IMG/VR virus record: IMGVR_UViG_3300015607_000582
Span: 64,001 to 128,000 of that record
Source of the DNA: a virus
Lineage: Duplodnaviria > Caudoviricetes
Strand: one strand, 5' to 3'
DNA length: 64,000 bases
Shown: positions 60,778 to 64,000 of the stretch, piece by piece
Layout of the letters: every line of letters starts with the position of its first letter
How positions within the stretch are numbered: position 1 is the first letter of the stretch
Made by a program: the position numbers and the translations under genes
The notes under the pieces: model-generated
Databases searched by the model: none
The model's input: only the letters and a program-made list of their open reading frames with translations
Told to the model about the DNA's origin: nothing

Positions 60778-63700
60778 GTGCTCTCCTCATCCACGGCGGT
60801 ACCGAAGCCCGCTGCGACGCCGCTGTCACGGAACGTGATGCCGAACAGCGCGGAAGGATCCACCTCAAGGTACTCCGTCATGTCGGAGCGTGCGATCTGC
60901 GTCACCACCTCGCCCCCGTCGCCGTACGCGCTGGCGATCATGTAGTCGACGTCGATGTCGTATCGCACGCCGCGCTCACTGAGCTGAGAGTGAACGCGCA
61001 CGTTGGATGCGATGCCGACGTTGAGCAGGTTGATGAAGCGGTTGTCCGTGAGGGTGACGGGCTCGTCCGAGTAGGCAACGCCATCGACCGAGTAGGACAC
61101 GTAGACGGTCTGCCCGCTCTCGATGCGGCTCATCGGCTCACGCACGAAGGAGTTGAGGTCGAGGAACTGGTCGTCGTAGAGGTTGTCGTCGATGATCGGA
61201 TCGTCGTGCTCGACCGTGTAGTCGTTGCGACGGAACTCGACGTCGCGGATGCCGACGTAGTACGCCTTGCGGTTGAAGCGCGCCTTGTCCGTGCGGTAGA
61301 AGTGGCGGCACTTGCGATTGAACCACATCGGCGTCTCGGCGATCTCCGAGAAGGCGTGCGTGACACGATCCCCTCGCGTGGAGACGAACGCCGAGTGGGC
61401 CTCGATCTGCGGAGTGGCTTCCCGCGTCAGGGGTTCGATCTGCGTGGGCCGCGACCGCAGCGACCGGCCGAGGAGACTTCCGTCCCGCAGCGTCGCGACC
61501 AGAGAGCCACGATACAGCGTGTTCGACGCGAACCGGATCTTGCTCTGGGTCACCGGGTCGATGAAGGCGTTGGTGCCCGTGTCGACGAGCCCGGAGCCAA
61601 GCACGCGAGGATCATCGAGCAACCCGTGCGAGAGCGCGGTCATGAACTCACGATGCTTGTAGGCGAACTCCTGAACCGGGTCGGCGATCTCCTGAAGGAT
61701 GCGACGCTGGACGGGCGTCTGCGACTGGACGAACCAGTCCTCCACGGTGCGTCGCACCTGCGTGTTCTGGAACGCGCTCTCGACCCACGTCGGGTGCCGC
61801 TTGTACTCGACGGGCGGCAGCTCGGGGAATGGCGAGACGGTGAACGGCATCGGGCGCAGGTTCGTGAACTCCAGCTTGATGAAGCTCGCCTGCACCCCGT
61901 GCGGAAGCTGGATCGCCTCGTCGCGGCGGAGGATGTAGACCTCGTTGATCGGAGTCCAGAGCATCTGATCCCAGTGCTCGGTCAGCTTGGGGGCCTCCCC
62001 GTGGAGGTTGTCGCGCGTGTAGTAGACGTGCATCCGGACGCCATGCGTGCGCGGGGCGATGCGGATGTTGTCGATGACGGCGAACTCCTGCTGGCCAGTG
62101 GCCTGCGCCTGACGCACATCGAAGTAGAGGCTCTCGACGGCCTCCGGGCTCGGGCGCGGCGCGCTCATCCAGCCCGGAGACGCCGGGTCGAGCACGCGAC
62201 TCGCCGAGTCGAGCAGACGTGTGGCGTAGCGGTACTGGTTGCCGAGGATGTCACGCCCCGAGTCGCCCGTGTCAGACCAGACGCGCAGGGCGAGGCTGCG
62301 GCTGTGATCGGCGACGTACTCGCCGCCAGCCACGTAGGTCAGGCGGGGGACGATGAAGAATCGACGTGATCCCGTCAGCTCGCGCCAGCCCTTGTTGACC
62401 TCGATCACGACCTGATCGTTCGCCTCGCCGGTCAGCGATACGCCGAAGAACATGACGTCGCCATCACGCGCGGCCTCGGAGTCGACGACGGTCGTGGAGC
62501 CGACTGCGTCGTTGAGCGCCCACAGGCCGACGAGGTCGCCGTACGCCTGCAGGTCGCCGATGATCGAGCCGCCACCGTGGCCGAGATCGTAGATGGCGGA
62601 GACTTCGCCAGCGGTCATGTCGTCGTTGAAGAAGGCGATGTCGTCGAGGTCACCCTCGTAGCGCGTACCGGGATCCGTCCACGGCCCCGATCCGTAGAGC
62701 AGGTTGTCCCAGTCCGTGCCCCACTTCGTGCCGAAGCAGATTTTGTCCCCGGCGGCTGCCGCGTTGGGGGTGAAGGTGAGGCCAGCCGCGCTGTCCACCA
62801 GCGTGCCGTCCCGATAGAGCTTGAGCGTCCCGGTGCCGTTGTCGAAGGTGGCGAATGCGTGATGCCACTCGCCGTCGGCGGTGTTGGCGACGTCAGTCAG
62901 GGTGACACCGTCGCAGGTGACCTGCAGGGCGCTGTCGAGAGACCCACCGTCGGGCCCGATCCCGACGTACCACCCGTTCCCGGCGTAGTCGGCGTTGTCG
63001 ACGATCACGCTGACCACGCCGTCCATCGTCGACGCTTCGCGACGGTACCAGAAGCTGCACGACCAGTTGGAGGTCGCGAGATCCGCGTGCCAGTCGACCT
63101 GAATGCGGCCCGAGTAGCCGTCGAAGCTCGCGTATCCGCCGGGCTGTCCGATGGAGCGGATCTGGTAGGAGTTCAGGCCGTCGACCGCCTGAATGTAGTC
63201 GCCTACCTGAGCCAGTCCCATGCCAGCATCGACGTCGTCGACGATGAACAGCTTCGAGCGCCGCTCCGCCGACAGCGTGGATGGCACGAGGAAGCCGGGC
63301 GCGTCGACCGGGTTGCTGACGTAGACGGCCGACGACGCAGGCGTGTGCTGGCTGCTGATCCTGATCTCGTAGGTCGTGTTCATGTCCCCCTGCAGGGGGC
63401 GACTGAAGTAGCAGTTGATCCAGCACTGGCCGACGTGCGCGGCTCCGCGCGTGGTGCCGCTGTCGATCCGCACGGCCTCGTCGGTGACGTCCCACAGCGA
63501 CCAGCGCCACACCACGTCCCCGTGCATGGGGACGCCCTCGTCGGCACCGGCAGTCTGGGAGTTCACCTCTGCGAGGAAGCTGAAGCCAAGCAGGCCGGGA
63601 ACGATGTCGTCCCCGGTGGTCGCAGTTCCCTCGCCGCGAGGCGCATCCTCGGGGAAGACGAACCGCTGCGTCAGCTCGTGCGTCGTCAGGTCAGGCTTGG

Positions 63701-64000
63701 CGGTGAGCTGCAGCAGCTCCGTGTTGGAGTCGATCTCGGACGCGAACAGCGGCCCCGCCATGTGGCGATGGTCGGAGACCGTGCGGAAGGTGCGCAGGTT
63801 CTTGACGATGGCCGGGTACGGCGTCCCGAGGTTGGCGCGAGTCGGCCACGGCGTGTCTCGGCGCGTGAAGCCGATGCGCAGACGGCGCGTGTGAACCGTC
63901 TCCCCCTTGGCGTCCGAGAAGTAGAACTCCGAGTGGACGAAGCTCGCCGTCGCGTCCGCCTCGTAGAGGATCAGGTCGTCGAACTTCAGCTCGGGTTCCG
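60774..64000 (-). CDS. Tail/baseplate protein with LamG (concanavalin A-like) domain (5' partial)
   Basis: DGEWHH..TFD..LYRDG..GDLDDIAFFN; frame open from window end through 63761. Confidence 0.7.
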   Translation of the reverse strand, partial: EPELKFDDLILYEADATASFVHSEFYFSDAKGETVHTRRLRIGFTRRDTPWPTRANLGTPYPAIVKNLRTFRTVSDHRHMAGPLFASEIDSNTELLQLTAKPDLTTHELTQRFVFPEDAPRGEGTATTGDDIVPGLLGFSFLAEVNSQTAGADEGVPMHGDVVWRWSLWDVTDEAVRIDSGTTRGAAHVGQCWINCYFSRPLQGDMNTTYEIRISSQHTPASSAVYVSNPVDAPGFLVPSTLSAERRSKLFIVDDVDAGMGLAQVGDYIQAVDGLNSYQIRSIGQPGGYASFDGYSGRIQVDWHADLATSNWSCSFWYRREASTMDGVVSVIVDNADYAGNGWYVGIGPDGGSLDSALQVTCDGVTLTDVANTADGEWHHAFATFDNGTGTLKLYRDGTLVDSAAGLTFTPNAAAAGDKICFGTKWGTDWDNLLYGSGPWTDPGTRYEGDLDDIAFFNDDMTAGEVSAIYDLGHGGGSIIGDLQAYGDLVGLWALNDAVGSTTVVDSEAARDGDVMFFGVSLTGEANDQVVIEVNKGWRELTGSRRFFIVPRLTYVAGGEYVADHSRSLALRVWSDTGDSGRDILGNQYRYATRLLDSASRVLDPASPGWMSAPRPSPEAVESLYFDVRQAQATGQQEFAVIDNIRIAPRTHGVRMHVYYTRDNLHGEAPKLTEHWDQMLWTPINEVYILRRDEAIQLPHGVQASFIKLEFTNLRPMPFTVSPFPELPPVEYKRHPTWVESAFQNTQVRRTVEDWFVQSQTPVQRRILQEIADPVQEFAYKHREFMTALSHGLLDDPRVLGSGLVDTGTNAFIDPVTQSKIRFASNTLYRGSLVATLRDGSLLGRSLRSRPTQIEPLTREATPQIEAHSAFVSTRGDRVTHAFSEIAETPMWFNRKCRHFYRTDKARFNRKAYYVGIRDVEFRRNDYTVEHDDPIIDDNLYDDQFLDLNSFVREPMSRIESGQTVYVSYSVDGVAYSDEPVTLTDNRFINLLNVGIASNVRVHSQLSERGVRYDIDVDYMIASAYGDGGEVVTQIARSDMTEYLEVDPSALFGITFRDSGVAAGFGTAVDEEST

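Overview
This 64 kb window is part of a large, GC-rich (roughly two-thirds G+C by eye) tailed dsDNA phage. Almost all genes are on the minus strand. The gene content and order resemble the large actinobacterial myoviruses (Mycobacterium phage Bxz1 / Rhodococcus phage E3 type); this assignment is inference from gene order. In transcription order (right to left) it carries tail/virion genes, an SNF2 helicase on the plus strand, a holin, a replication block (DnaC-like loader, DnaB, primase, SSB, HNH, DnaE, RecA, resolvases, Cas4-like nuclease), a sigma4-like protein, terminase, head proteins and portal. Next come nucleotide-metabolism genes, three ~1000-aa multidomain proteins, ThyX, RNase H, TK, LigA, GroES, class II RNR, a FliW homolog and small early genes. 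Highlights: (1) a phage-encoded FliW, whose bacterial homologs antagonise CsrA; (2) three polyvalent proteins stringing together HicA-like, GNAT, ART, ParB, nucleotidyltransferase, SWIM, PcfJ-like and SH3 modules, often separated by K/R-T/V-A motifs, one with a complete gene nested in another frame; (3) three distinct promoter-like motif classes readable from the sequence: SigA-like with an operator, RGTTCGTCCGRC-N8-TANNNT (13 copies) and CCTAA-N3-GTGA (about 12 copies); (4) an HNH gene inserted into the 5' end of dnaE, with a duplicate recoded start. No tRNA, rRNA, CRISPR array or integrase was recognised. All assignments are by-eye motif recognition, without database searches.
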